Source: an uncultured Solirubrobacterales bacterium (GTDB taxonomy: Bacteria; Actinomycetota; Thermoleophilia; Solirubrobacterales; 70-9). Taken from it: a DNA stretch of 64,000 nt. How positions within the stretch are numbered: position 1 is the stretch's first letter; the number at the start of each line of letters is the position of its first letter. The DNA lies in assembly GCA_963819755.1 (NCBI GenBank), contig CAWFXB010000002.1:1620112-1684111 (forward strand), read 5' to 3'. A model generated the notes under the pieces. It was not told the origin of the DNA. It saw nothing but the letters and a program-made list of their open reading frames with translations, and made no database searches. Shown here one piece after another: positions 8,599-17,989 of this stretch. The translations under genes were made by a program, and so were the position numbers.

Positions 8599-10796
8599 GT
8601 GAGTCGATGACCAAGCTCGCTGGATTCCTGGGACGCAGGCGGCGTCTTGTCCTGGTCGCCTGGATCGCCACGTTGGTTGTCGCGCTGCCGATCGCCTCGC
8701 ACCAGACCGATCACCTGACCGGCGGTGGCTTCGACGTCCCCGGCAGCCAGTCGAAGGCGGTCAGCGACTCGCTCGAAAAGGACTTCGCCGCGCACGCCGA
8801 CGGCATCGGGGTGCTGCTCAAAGCCGAGCCCAATGCGTCGCCGTCCCAGCGCACGGCTGCTGTCCTGCGCGTGCGTCGCGCCGTTGCCGAGCTCGATCGG
8901 GTGACGCTCTCACCCGCGGCTGCGCACAGCGCCGAGGCGCAATTGCAGCGCACCGGGGTCGCGATGTTGCCGTTGCGCAGCGACCAATCCTCCGACCTGT
9001 TGATCGACTCCGCTACGACCCTGCGGGGTGACCTCGATCCCGGCACCGTCGACGGCGGGGTGACGACGTACCTCGCCGGCCAGCCGACGATCTGGGCCGG
9101 CATGCAGGAGCTCTCCAAGAAGGACCTCTCGAAGGCCGAGGCGGGTGGCTTCCCGATCGTCGCGCTGATCCTGCTCATCGTCTTCGGGTCGCTCGCCGCC
9201 GCCGCGCTGCCGCTGGCGCTCGGCTTCATCAGCGTGATCGTCACTGGGGCCCTCATCTACTTCATCTCGCTGAACATGGAGACCTCGGTCTTCGTCACCA
9301 ACATGGCCTCGATGATCGGGATCGGAGTCGCGATCGACTACTCGCTGTTCATCCTCGCCCGCTATCGCGAGGAGCGCCGGGCGGGGCGCAGCGAGGAGGA
9401 GGCGCGTGCGGAGGCCCTGGCGACCTCGGGCCTCGCGGTCACCTTCTCGGGCCTGGCCGTGATCGTCTCCCTCGCCGGGCTCTGGATGGTCGACAACCAG
9501 GCACTGCGCTCGATGGCTTTGGGGGCGATGACCGTTGTCGCCGTCTCGATCCTCACCGCGATAACCCTGCTGCCCGCCCTGATCGCGATGCTCGGTGACC
9601 GCGTGCTGCCCGGGGGAATCGTGGCGCGGGTGCTCTCCTTCTTCAAGCACCGCGTGTTTCGCCGGCCGGACCGGCCGGCAACGACCGAATCGGCCTTCTG
9701 GCAGCGCTGGACGGCCAGCGTCATGGCCCGTCCCTGGACCGCCGTGATCGGGGTCAGCGCCGTTCTGCTCACCCTTGCGATCCCGGTGCTTTCGCTGACC
9801 ACCGGCACCCAGGCGCTCGGCCAGTTCCCCAAGGACAGCGACGTGCGAGTCGGCAACGAACTGGCCTCGAAGCAGGTCGGCGGCGGCACCGACCCGGTGC
9901 AGATCGTCGCCGCGTTCGACGGCCAGGTTGACCGCGCCGCGATCCCTGGCTTCATCCGCACGGTCGAAGCGACGCCCGGCGTCAGCTCCGTTGCGCCGCC
10001 GGCCTTCGCCGCCGGCAGCGTCCTGATCCAGGCGACGCCGAGAGCTCCGAGCGAGTCCGACGCGGCGGCGGCGCTGGTCGACCGCCTGCGCACGGTCGTG
10101 CCCTCGACCAGGCTGGCGCGCCTCGCCACCGTGAACGTCGGCGGCGAGACGGCGCGCAGCCACGACGTGCGCCAGCTGATCAGCGGCTCGATGTGGAAGA
10201 TCATCCTCTTCGTCCTCGCCCTCAGCTTCCTGGTCCTGATGGCGATGCTGCGCTCGCTGCTCCTGCCGCTGAAGGCCGTGCTGATGAACCTGCTCTCGAT
10301 CGGGGCGGCCTTCGGCGTCCTCGTCGCGATCTTCCAGTGGGGCTGGTTCGACGGCCTGCTCGGCCTCGAAAGCCAGGGGGCGCTCGACACGATCAACGTG
10401 CCGCTGATCTTCGCCGTCGTCTTCGGCCTCTCGATGGACTACGAGGTCTTCCTGATGTCGCGGATTCGCGAGCGTTACATGGAGCACGGCGACAACGAAC
10501 GGGCGGTTGCCGAGGGCCTCTCCTCCAGCGCCCGCACGATCTCCTCGGCGGCGCTGATCATGACCTGCGTCTTCGCCGTCTTCTTCCTCACCGGCGTCCC
10601 CTCGATCAAAGAGCTGGGCCTCGGCTGCGCCGTCGCGATCGCCCTCGACGCGACCCTGGTGCGGCTGATCCTGGTGCCGGCGGCGATGAAGCTGCTGGGC
10701 GACTGGAATTGGTGGATGCCGTCCTGGCTCGACCGCCTGCTGCCGGACTTCTCCTTCGAGAGCGGCAGCGCCGAGCCTGAGCCCGCCAAGGCCTAA
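8595..10796 (+). CDS. MMPL-family (RND superfamily) membrane transporter
   Basis: The 733-aa product has two 6-TM bundles with large extracytoplasmic loops and duplicated ...DYSLFILARYREE / ...MDYEVFLMSRIRE motifs. An alternative start is ATG 8607. Confidence 0.85.
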   Translation: MRESMTKLAGFLGRRRRLVLVAWIATLVVALPIASHQTDHLTGGGFDVPGSQSKAVSDSLEKDFAAHADGIGVLLKAEPNASPSQRTAAVLRVRRAVAELDRVTLSPAAAHSAEAQLQRTGVAMLPLRSDQSSDLLIDSATTLRGDLDPGTVDGGVTTYLAGQPTIWAGMQELSKKDLSKAEAGGFPIVALILLIVFGSLAAAALPLALGFISVIVTGALIYFISLNMETSVFVTNMASMIGIGVAIDYSLFILARYREERRAGRSEEEARAEALATSGLAVTFSGLAVIVSLAGLWMVDNQALRSMALGAMTVVAVSILTAITLLPALIAMLGDRVLPGGIVARVLSFFKHRVFRRPDRPATTESAFWQRWTASVMARPWTAVIGVSAVLLTLAIPVLSLTTGTQALGQFPKDSDVRVGNELASKQVGGGTDPVQIVAAFDGQVDRAAIPGFIRTVEATPGVSSVAPPAFAAGSVLIQATPRAPSESDAAAALVDRLRTVVPSTRLARLATVNVGGETARSHDVRQLISGSMWKIILFVLALSFLVLMAMLRSLLLPLKAVLMNLLSIGAAFGVLVAIFQWGWFDGLLGLESQGALDTINVPLIFAVVFGLSMDYEVFLMSRIRERYMEHGDNERAVAEGLSSSARTISSAALIMTCVFAVFFLTGVPSIKELGLGCAVAIALDATLVRLILVPAAMKLLGDWNWWMPSWLDRLLPDFSFESGSAEPEPAKA

Positions 10797-10809
10797 TACC
10801 CTCCCGGCC

Positions 10810-12217
10810 ATGAGCGAGGAGATCGCTTTCGCGGGGGCCGCGAAGCAGGCGGAGATGGTGCGGGCGGGGGAGGTCTCGCCGCGTGAGTTGGTGGAGCTTT
10901 ACCTCGGTCGGATCGAGCGGCTCGATCCTCAGCTGAACTCGTTCCGGGTGGTGCTCGCCGAGCGGGCCCTGCTCGAAGCGGAGCAGGCCGAGGCGCGGCT
11001 GAAGGGCGGCGACGAGCGGCCCCTGTTGGGGGTCCCGATCGCGCTCAAGGACGAAGTCGACCTCGCCGGAGAGCTGAGCACGCACGGCACCGACGCCTAT
11101 CCTGATCCGGCAGCGGCCGACTGCGAGATGGTCCGCCGGCTGCGCGAGGCGGGAACGATCGTCGTCGGCAAGACGCACCTGCCCGAGCTGGCGATCTGCG
11201 GCTTCACCGAGTCGGCGACCTGGGGAGTGACGCGTAACCCCTGGGATCCGCAGCGCACCCCGGGTGGCTCCAGCGGCGGCAGCGCCGCGGCGGTCGCCGC
11301 TGGCCTCGTCCCGATCGCCTCGGCCTCCGACGGCGGCGGCTCGATTCGCATCCCCGCGTCGTCGTGCGGCCTCTTCGGCCTGAAACCCTCGCGCGCTCGA
11401 GTTTCCCTGGCGCCCCTGGTCGAGCATTGGAACGGGCTTTCGGCGGCCGGCTGTCTCAGCCGCAGCGTGCTCGACACCGCCCTCTGGCTCGACGTCGTCA
11501 GCGGCGGCTCGGCCGACCCGGAGGCGCCACAGCTTCCCGAGCGGCCCTTCGTCGAGTCGGCGCGCACCTCGCCGGGCAAGCTGCGGATCGCCTACTCCAC
11601 CGCGCCGCCCCGCGCCGCCGCTCCCCCCACCGTCTCCGACGTCGCGAAAGACGCCGTCGCCGAGACCGCCGAGCTGCTGCGATTGCTGGGCCATGAGACG
11701 GCGCAGCGCGATCCCGACTGGGGAGGGATCGGCAACAACATCACCCCCCGCTACCTGCGTGGAGTCGCCGAAGACGTGGCAACCGTTCCGCGCCCCGAGC
11801 GGCTCGAACGTCGCACCAAGGGGTTCGCCCAGCTCGAGCCGGCTGATCACCGATGGCATGTTCGAGCGGGCGATGCGTGGCCGCCGGGCCGACGCGGCGC
11901 GCGTCAACGCGATCTTCGCGGACCACGACGTCCTGATGACCCCGGTGATGGGGGGTACGGCGCTGCCGGTGCGCCGCTGGGAGGGACGGGGCGCGCTGTG
12001 GACGATCCTCGGGATGAGCCGCTTCTATCCCTACTGCGTGCCGTGGAACCACCTCGGCAACCCGGCGATGTCAGTGCCGGCCGGCTTCGCCGCCGACGGC
12101 ATGCCGCTCGCGGTCCAGATCGTCGGTCGCCCCGGCGACGAGGCGACCCTGTTGTCGCTCGCCGCCCAGCTCGAGGCCGAGCGGCCCTGGGCGGACAAGC
12201 GCCCGCCGATCTCCTGA
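10810..12217 (+). pseudogene. Amidase (amidase-signature family) with an apparent +1 frame break near 11835-11850
   Basis: The N-terminal ~340 aa (GGSSGGSAAAVAAG...ASDGGGSIRIPAS) lie in ORF 10810... The genuine-looking C-terminus (LMTPVMGGTALP...WNHLGNPAMSVPAGF...PLAVQIVGRPGDEATLLSLAAQLE) lies in ORF 11693..12217, one frame over. The tail of the 10810 ORF is Arg-rich off-frame sequence. Confidence 0.7.
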
Positions 12218-12223
12218 GCGCCG

Positions 12224-13510
12224 CTAGCTGAAGACCTTGCGCATCCGCGCGATCTCGCGGATCTTGCCGCGGGGGCGGAGGCGGCGCTGGAGGATCATCT
12301 TCAGTGGTTTCGCTTCCGGCTTGCCCATGGCGACGAAGTCGGCCCAGTTCGCCTCGATCGTCAGGGTTGGGTTGGGGGCCTCGCCCGGCTCGGCCCTGGT
12401 CGAGCCGTTGTCGATCGTCATGTGCCAGGGGTCGGCGTCGCTGAAGCGGTACTGGTAGACGAGCGGCGAGCCGTTGGCGGCGGCCGGGTTGGCGACGCGC
12501 TTGACCACGTCGAAGTAGAGCCGCTGCGTCTCCGGCGAGGCATCGGGGACCGGGCCGTCGGGCGGGCCGAGGACACCGGCCTCCATCAGCTGCACCTGGC
12601 GCGCGGCGACTTCCTCGGCAGAGGCCTCGGGGTCGAAGGGAAAGACCCCGGGCGGCATCTCCTCGGTCGGATAGCCGATCGTCCGCCAGCGCTGGCGGAT
12701 CAGTTTGAGGCCGAAGGAGAAGATGTCCTCGAGCGAGAAGCCGTAGCACTCGGTGTAGGAGCGGTCCATGTTGGGCGGATAGAAGACGGCCGGCCCGTAG
12801 GGCAGCGTTTCGCGCAGCAGCTCAGTGACAGCGGCGCGATTCTCCTCCCAGCCCGGGTTGCCTTCCCCCAGTAACTCGGAGAGCACCTTGACGCCGAAGC
12901 CGATGTGACGCTGCTCGTCCTTGGAGACGTTGCCCATGCCCTCGCTGAAGCCGGGCATCGTTTCCTTGGAGGCGAAGAAGTCTTCGATGAAGTGCTGGCC
13001 GGGTTGGGCGAGGCTGCCCTCGACGATCAGGTGGTAGAGGGTGATCGCCTGCGCGTACTTTGGCAGCGAGCGGTCCTTGCGCAGTTCCTCGGCCATCAGG
13101 TCGAGCCGGTCGAAGATCCCGCGGTAGCCCCAGTTGAGCTGCGGCATCGTCGAGGAGAGGGTCTGCTGGATCGAGTCGCCGCCGACCCCGATGACCTCCT
13201 TGAAGAAGCGGTGGAAGAAGATCGAGTGACGGACCTCGTCGACCTGCTGGGTGGCGAGGAAGTAGGACTGCTCCTCGGTCGGGGCGGCGTTGATGTAGGG
13301 GGCGAGGGTGTCGGCGACACGGTCCTCGCCGTAGTAGAACATCGAGTAAATCCACATCGCCGAGCGCCGCTGGATGTCGCTCAGCGCCTCCCAGCCGTTG
13401 CGATCCTCGGAGAAGTCGATGTCGTAGGCGCTCCAGTTGCCCTGCTCCCAGCGCTTGTAGAGGTCCACGTAGGTGACGTTGTCCATCAGGCTCTGCGATG
13501 CGACGCTCAT
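12224..13510 (-). CDS. Ferritin-like di-metal carboxylate protein (RNR-R2-like / R2lox-like) fused to a C-terminal SCP2 domain
   Basis: Metal ligands are arranged as YYGEDR, QQVDEVRHS, LIVEGS and SKDEQRHIG (E, ExxH, E, ExxH). The C-terminal ~100 aa (YQYRFSDADPWHMTIDNG...LTIEANWADFVAMGKPEAKPLKMILQRRLRPRGK) are SCP2-like. A strong RBS (aaggagagag) precedes the ATG. Confidence 0.75.
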   Translation of the reverse strand: MSVASQSLMDNVTYVDLYKRWEQGNWSAYDIDFSEDRNGWEALSDIQRRSAMWIYSMFYYGEDRVADTLAPYINAAPTEEQSYFLATQQVDEVRHSIFFHRFFKEVIGVGGDSIQQTLSSTMPQLNWGYRGIFDRLDLMAEELRKDRSLPKYAQAITLYHLIVEGSLAQPGQHFIEDFFASKETMPGFSEGMGNVSKDEQRHIGFGVKVLSELLGEGNPGWEENRAAVTELLRETLPYGPAVFYPPNMDRSYTECYGFSLEDIFSFGLKLIRQRWRTIGYPTEEMPPGVFPFDPEASAEEVAARQVQLMEAGVLGPPDGPVPDASPETQRLYFDVVKRVANPAAANGSPLVYQYRFSDADPWHMTIDNGSTRAEPGEAPNPTLTIEANWADFVAMGKPEAKPLKMILQRRLRPRGKIREIARMRKVFS

Positions 13511-13588
13511 CTCTCTCCTTGGGTCGGGGCGGCTGTGAGCAGGTTACCGCGATCCTGGCCAGCCAGCCAGTTTAGGTGGGTGACTTCG

Positions 13589-15088
13589 TCACACAGCGGC
13601 GGGGGTCTCGATCTCCCGCTTGAGGATCTTGCCGGTGGGGCCCTTGGGCAGCTCGTCGAGGAACCAGACGAGGCGGGGGTACTTGTAGGCGGCGATGCGG
13701 TCCTTGACGTAGGCGCTGATCTCCTCGGGGCCCAGCTCCTCGCCGTCGTGGAGGACGACCGCGGCGCCGATCTCCTCGCCCCACTGATCATGGGGGACGC
13801 CGACCACGGCCGCTTCGCGGATCTTCGGGTGCTCGTAGAGAACCTCCTCGACCTCGCGCGGGTAGACGTTGTAGCCGCCGCGGATGATCAGGTCCTTCTT
13901 GCGGTCGACGATGTAGAAGAAGCCGTCCTCGTCGACGCGGGCCATGTCGCCGCTGTGGAACCAGCCGCCGCGCATCGCCTCCTCGGTCGCTTCGGGACGC
14001 TGCCAGTAGCCCTTCATGACGTTGTGGCCGCGGATCACGATCTCGCCGACCTCGCCCTGGGCGACCGGCTCGTCATCCTCGTTGACGACTCGCATCTCGA
14101 CCCCCTCGATCGGGGTGCCGATCGAGCCCGCCTTGCGCTCTTTGTCGGGGTGGTTGGAACAGGCGACGGGCGAGGTCTCCGAGAGGCCGTATCCCTCCAT
14201 CACCTTCGCCCCGAAAGCGTCTTCGAAGCCGCGCAGCACCTCGACCGGCATCGAGGCGCCGCCGGTGATGCAGATGCGCAGCGCGGAGGTGTCGAAGCTC
14301 TTGCGCTCGGGGTGGTGGAGCAGTGCGCCGTACATCGTCGGCACGCCGTAGAAGTGGGTGACTCCGTCGCGCTGCATCGTCGCCAGCGCCTCGCCGGGGT
14401 CGAATTTGGGCACCAGGGTGAGGCAGGCGCCGACGCCGAGCGAGGCGTTCATCGCGACGGTCTGGCCGAAGGAGTGGAAGAGGGGGAGAGCGCCGAGGAC
14501 GACGTCGCCGGCGCCGATCTCGGAGGTCGTGCGGGAGGAGACGTCGGCGTTGCGCGCCAGGTTGGCGTGGGTCAGCTCTGCGCCCTTGGGCTTGCCGGTG
14601 GTGCCCGAGGTGTAGAGGATCACCGCCGTGTCGTCCTCCGCCGTATCGGCCAAGCCGGGGGTGGGCTCGTTCTCCGTCAGGGTCGCGGCGAAGGCCGCCG
14701 GCTCGACCTCGACCAACTCGGCGCCCGCCTCGGCGGCACCGTCGCCGGCCTCGTCGCAGAAGCCATGCCAGGCAAGCAGCACCTTCGTGCCCGAGTCCTC
14801 AACGTAGAAGGCGATCTCGCGCCGCTTCAACAGCACGTTCATCGGCACGACGATGGCCCCCGCGCGCAGCACGCCGTAGTAGGCGATCGGGAACTCGGGC
14901 ACGTTGGGCAACATCACCCCGACCCGGTCGCCCGGCTGCACCCCATTCTCAGCCAGCAGGGTCGCCAGGCGGGCGCTGCCGTCGTTCAGGTCGCCGTAGC
15001 TCAGCTCGGCCTCGCCGAGGCGGATCGCCGGCGCGCCGGGCGATCGCCCGGCGCGCTCGGTCAGCAGCGATGCGAGGTTCAACCCCAT
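13589..15088 (-). CDS. Long-chain-fatty-acid--CoA ligase (AMP-dependent synthetase)
   Basis: The AMP-binding motif ILYTSGTTGKPKGA is present, with GYGLSETSP, the C-terminal hinge DRKKDLIIRGGYNVYP and PKGPTGKILKRE. The start is set at MGLNLASLL (ATG 15088, GGAG RBS). Confidence 0.9.
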   Translation of the reverse strand: MGLNLASLLTERAGRSPGAPAIRLGEAELSYGDLNDGSARLATLLAENGVQPGDRVGVMLPNVPEFPIAYYGVLRAGAIVVPMNVLLKRREIAFYVEDSGTKVLLAWHGFCDEAGDGAAEAGAELVEVEPAAFAATLTENEPTPGLADTAEDDTAVILYTSGTTGKPKGAELTHANLARNADVSSRTTSEIGAGDVVLGALPLFHSFGQTVAMNASLGVGACLTLVPKFDPGEALATMQRDGVTHFYGVPTMYGALLHHPERKSFDTSALRICITGGASMPVEVLRGFEDAFGAKVMEGYGLSETSPVACSNHPDKERKAGSIGTPIEGVEMRVVNEDDEPVAQGEVGEIVIRGHNVMKGYWQRPEATEEAMRGGWFHSGDMARVDEDGFFYIVDRKKDLIIRGGYNVYPREVEEVLYEHPKIREAAVVGVPHDQWGEEIGAAVVLHDGEELGPEEISAYVKDRIAAYKYPRLVWFLDELPKGPTGKILKREIETPAAV

Positions 15089-15098
15089 CTCGCTCCGG

Positions 15099-15386
15099 TT
15101 ACAGCTTGATGATCTTGTGGACCGGGAACTCCTTGATGTCCGGCGGGCCGCCCGGCCCTTCGTCGCCGACGCTCGCAATCGCCGGGCCCAGACGACTCTC
15201 TGCAAAGCGGTCGAAGTGCTCGCGTGACTCCCAGAAGTCGATGATCCCCCAGCCGCCCTCGATTGGGCCGGCAGAGTGAAGGATCAGCCCCTCGGGCGGG
15301 TCTGCCTCGACGCCCAGCTTTGCGTCCACCGCGTCGTACATCTCCTGCGTTCCTCCATCAATCTTCATCCGCAATCCAATTGCCAT
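15099..15386 (-). CDS. Small hypothetical protein (possible dimeric alpha/beta-barrel, ABM-like)
   Basis: The 95-aa ORF lies 10 nt upstream of the acyl-CoA synthetase on the same strand. The fold assignment is a guess from size and pattern only. Confidence 0.45.
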   Translation of the reverse strand: MAIGLRMKIDGGTQEMYDAVDAKLGVEADPPEGLILHSAGPIEGGWGIIDFWESREHFDRFAESRLGPAIASVGDEGPGGPPDIKEFPVHKIIKL

Positions 15387-15490
15387 CGTGTCCTCTTCCT
15401 GTAGGGAGCCGGGCGAGCATAGCCCTCCATATGAGCAATGGGCAAGGGCTCGGGCGCACGGAGCCGTGGCCCGCTAGGCTCGGACCTGCG

Positions 15491-15853
15491 ATGGACGATC
15501 TCGGCACGCCAACCTCCTTCCTCACCCTGCCGAAGGGCGTGCCGGTGTACTCCAGCGATGGCGAGGAGGTCGGCAAGGTGGAGCACGTGCTCTCTGCCCC
15601 CAACATCGACATCTTCGACGGGATCGTCCTCGACACCAGTGTCCTCCCAGGCGGGCATCGCTTCGTCGATGCCCCCGAGGTCGCGGAGATCTACGAGCGC
15701 GGCGTGGTGCTGTCGATCGATGCGACGGCGGCCCAGAACCTGCCCGAGCCGAGCGCCAACCCGGGGTCGGTCAGTGTCGATCCCAGCGACCTGGTGGGCG
15801 GGCATCAGAGCAAGCTGAGCCGCGCCTGGGACCTGATCTCCGGCAAGGGCTGA
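15491..15853 (+). CDS. PRC-barrel-like domain protein
   Basis: The pattern LPKGVPVYSSDGEEVGKVEHVL...FDGIVLD resembles a PRC barrel. The start is chosen at MDDLG, with ATG 15431 as an alternative. Confidence 0.5.
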   Translation: MDDLGTPTSFLTLPKGVPVYSSDGEEVGKVEHVLSAPNIDIFDGIVLDTSVLPGGHRFVDAPEVAEIYERGVVLSIDATAAQNLPEPSANPGSVSVDPSDLVGGHQSKLSRAWDLISGKG

Positions 15854-15898
15854 GAGGCCGAAGGCATCTTGCTGCGAAGTTCTCTAGCATTGCGCGCC

Positions 15899-16411
15899 GT
15901 GAAGCTGCCGATCGCCCTGATTGCGCTGTGCGCCGTGCTGGCATTCGCCGGCTGCGGTAGCAGCAGCGACTCCTCAAGTGGTTCGAGCGAATCGACCGGG
16001 GCTACGACGGAATCGACCTCCGCCGAAGCGGCCGGTGGCGAAAAGACCAAGCCGAAGGTCACGGTGCCCACGGGCGCTCCACCGAAGAAGCTCGAAGTCA
16101 AGGAACTCGAAGAAGGCAGCGGCGCCGAAGCGAAATCGGGCGACCAAGTCACCGTCCAGTACGTCGGTGTCGACTACAAGAACGGCAAGGAATTCGATTC
16201 CTCCTGGAGCCGCAACGAACCGTTCAGCTTCAAGCTCGGTGCGGGAGAAGTGATTCCCGGCTGGGACCAGGGCGTCGAAGGAATGAAGGCCGGCGGCCGC
16301 CGCGAGCTGATCATCCCGCCGGAACTCGCCTACGGCGAATCCGGCGCCCCGCCCGCGATCGGTCCGAACGAAACGCTCGTGTTCGTGATCGACCTGCTCG
16401 AAGTCAGCTAG
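15899..16411 (+). CDS. FKBP-type peptidyl-prolyl cis-trans isomerase lipoprotein
   Basis: There is a lipobox LAFAGC. The FKBP core reads GDQVTVQYVGVDYKNGKEFDSSW...FKLGAGEVIPGWDQGVEGMKAGGRRELIIPPELAYG. The GTG start gives MKLPIALIAL. Confidence 0.85.
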   Translation: MKLPIALIALCAVLAFAGCGSSSDSSSGSSESTGATTESTSAEAAGGEKTKPKVTVPTGAPPKKLEVKELEEGSGAEAKSGDQVTVQYVGVDYKNGKEFDSSWSRNEPFSFKLGAGEVIPGWDQGVEGMKAGGRRELIIPPELAYGESGAPPAIGPNETLVFVIDLLEVS

Positions 16412-16479
16412 GAACCGCCGAGCCAAGGGGGCGTCCGCGCGCCGGGTGTCCGTCGCTTTAATTGCTTAGGATATTCGTA

Positions 16480-16986
16480 GTGAAGGCTCCGATGTTTCTG
16501 ATTGCGACGTGCGCCGTCCTGGCGATGGCCGGCTGCGGTGGCGGCGACGACTCCTCCGGCGAATCCGCGGCTGCTGCGACGAGCGAATCGCCGGCGCTGA
16601 CCAGCAAGCCCGTGGTCGCGGTCCCGGAAGGCCCGCCACCGGAACAGCTGGAAATAAAAGATCTGCAGGAAGGTAGCGGCGCCCCCGTCGAACGCGGTGA
16701 CTACGTCACGGTCCAGTACGTGGGGGTCGACTACGAAACCGGTAAGCAATTCGACTCTTCCTGGGGTGGCAAGCCGCTCAGCTTCACGGTCGGCGCCGGC
16801 GAAGTGATACCCGGCTGGGAAAAGGGCATCGAAGGAATGAGGCCCGGCGGTCGCCGGGAGTTGATCGTCCCGCCTGGCCTCGCCTATGGCAAGGCTGGTT
16901 CTCCACCGGCAATCGGGCCGAGCCAGACGCTTGTATTCGTAATCGATCTGTTTGAAACCAGCACGCCCCCGCCCAATTCTCGCTGA
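16480..16986 (+). CDS. FKBP-type peptidyl-prolyl cis-trans isomerase lipoprotein (tandem paralogue)
   Basis: There is a lipobox LAMAGC. The FKBP core reads GDYVTVQYVGVDYETGKQFDSSW...FTVGAGEVIPGWEKGIEGMRPGGRRELIVPPGLAYG. Confidence 0.85.
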   Translation: MKAPMFLIATCAVLAMAGCGGGDDSSGESAAAATSESPALTSKPVVAVPEGPPPEQLEIKDLQEGSGAPVERGDYVTVQYVGVDYETGKQFDSSWGGKPLSFTVGAGEVIPGWEKGIEGMRPGGRRELIVPPGLAYGKAGSPPAIGPSQTLVFVIDLFETSTPPPNSR

Positions 16987-17989
16987 GCGCCTGACCGCGC
17001 AGGCCCTGTCCGGGAGCCCGCTGGCCGATCCTGCCGCAGTCGCCGAGCGACTCCTCGCCGTCCAGGGCCAGGACCCACGCGGCTTCAGGCTCGCCATTCG
17101 GGCGCGCACCGAGAGGCTTGCCGCGGCTGACGTCGAGCGTGCCTTGGCGGGGCGCGAACTAGTCGTTACCTGGCTCAACCGCGGGACGCTGCATCTGGTT
17201 CGCAGCGAGGACTACCCGCTGCTGCAGTCTCTGACCACGCCGCCGCTCCTCACCTCCAGCGTCCGGCGATTACGGCAGGAGGGTGTGAGCGAGGCCAAGG
17301 CCGAGCGGGCGGTCGAGACGATCGAGCGGGCACTCGAAGACGAGGGCCCGCTGACGCGGATCCAGCTGCGCGAGCGGATCGACGCCGCCGGCGTGCGAAC
17401 CGATGGCCAGGCGATGATCCACCTGCTCTTCCTCGCGGCCCTGCGCGGTGTTGTCGTGCGCGGGCCGGCGATCGGCAAGCAGCATGCCTACGTGCTGGTG
17501 CGGGATTGGTTGGGCGAACCCCCGGCGATCGACCGCGAGAAGGCACTGGCCGAGCTTGCGCGCCGCTACCTGGTGGGCCACCAGCCGGCGACCGATCGCG
17601 ACCTCGCCAAGTGGGCCGGCCTGCCGCTGCGCGACGCCCGCGCCGGCCTGCAGGCGATCGGCTCCGAGCTGGAGGAGGGGGGAGATGGGCTGGTCAGCCT
17701 CGCCAAGCGCGCCGCGCCGGAGAAGCTTCCGCCGCCACGCCTGCTCGGTGCCTTCGACCCGGTCCTGCTCGGCTGGACCTCTCGCGAGCCGATCCTCGGC
17801 GAGCACGAGCCACGCGTCGTCACCGGCGGCATCTTCCGTCCCTTCGCGATGGCCAAAGGCCGCGCCGTCGCCGGCTGGACGCTGGCCAAGGGCAGGGTGG
17901 CAACCGAGCCATTTGGCGATCTCTCGCGGCAGACGTCCGCCGCGCTCCAGGAGGAGGCGGCGGACGTCGAGCGATTCCTTATGCGCTAG
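16952..17989 (+). CDS. Winged-helix DNA-binding protein of the YcaQ/AlkZ (DUF1006) family
   Basis: The N-terminal pattern AVAERLLAVQGQDPRGFRLAIRAR...LVVTWLNRGTLHLV and the length are typical of this family. The start is uncertain because the ORF overlaps the FKBP stop. Confidence 0.65.
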   Translation: MKPARPRPILAERLTAQALSGSPLADPAAVAERLLAVQGQDPRGFRLAIRARTERLAAADVERALAGRELVVTWLNRGTLHLVRSEDYPLLQSLTTPPLLTSSVRRLRQEGVSEAKAERAVETIERALEDEGPLTRIQLRERIDAAGVRTDGQAMIHLLFLAALRGVVVRGPAIGKQHAYVLVRDWLGEPPAIDREKALAELARRYLVGHQPATDRDLAKWAGLPLRDARAGLQAIGSELEEGGDGLVSLAKRAAPEKLPPPRLLGAFDPVLLGWTSREPILGEHEPRVVTGGIFRPFAMAKGRAVAGWTLAKGRVATEPFGDLSRQTSAALQEEAADVERFLMR

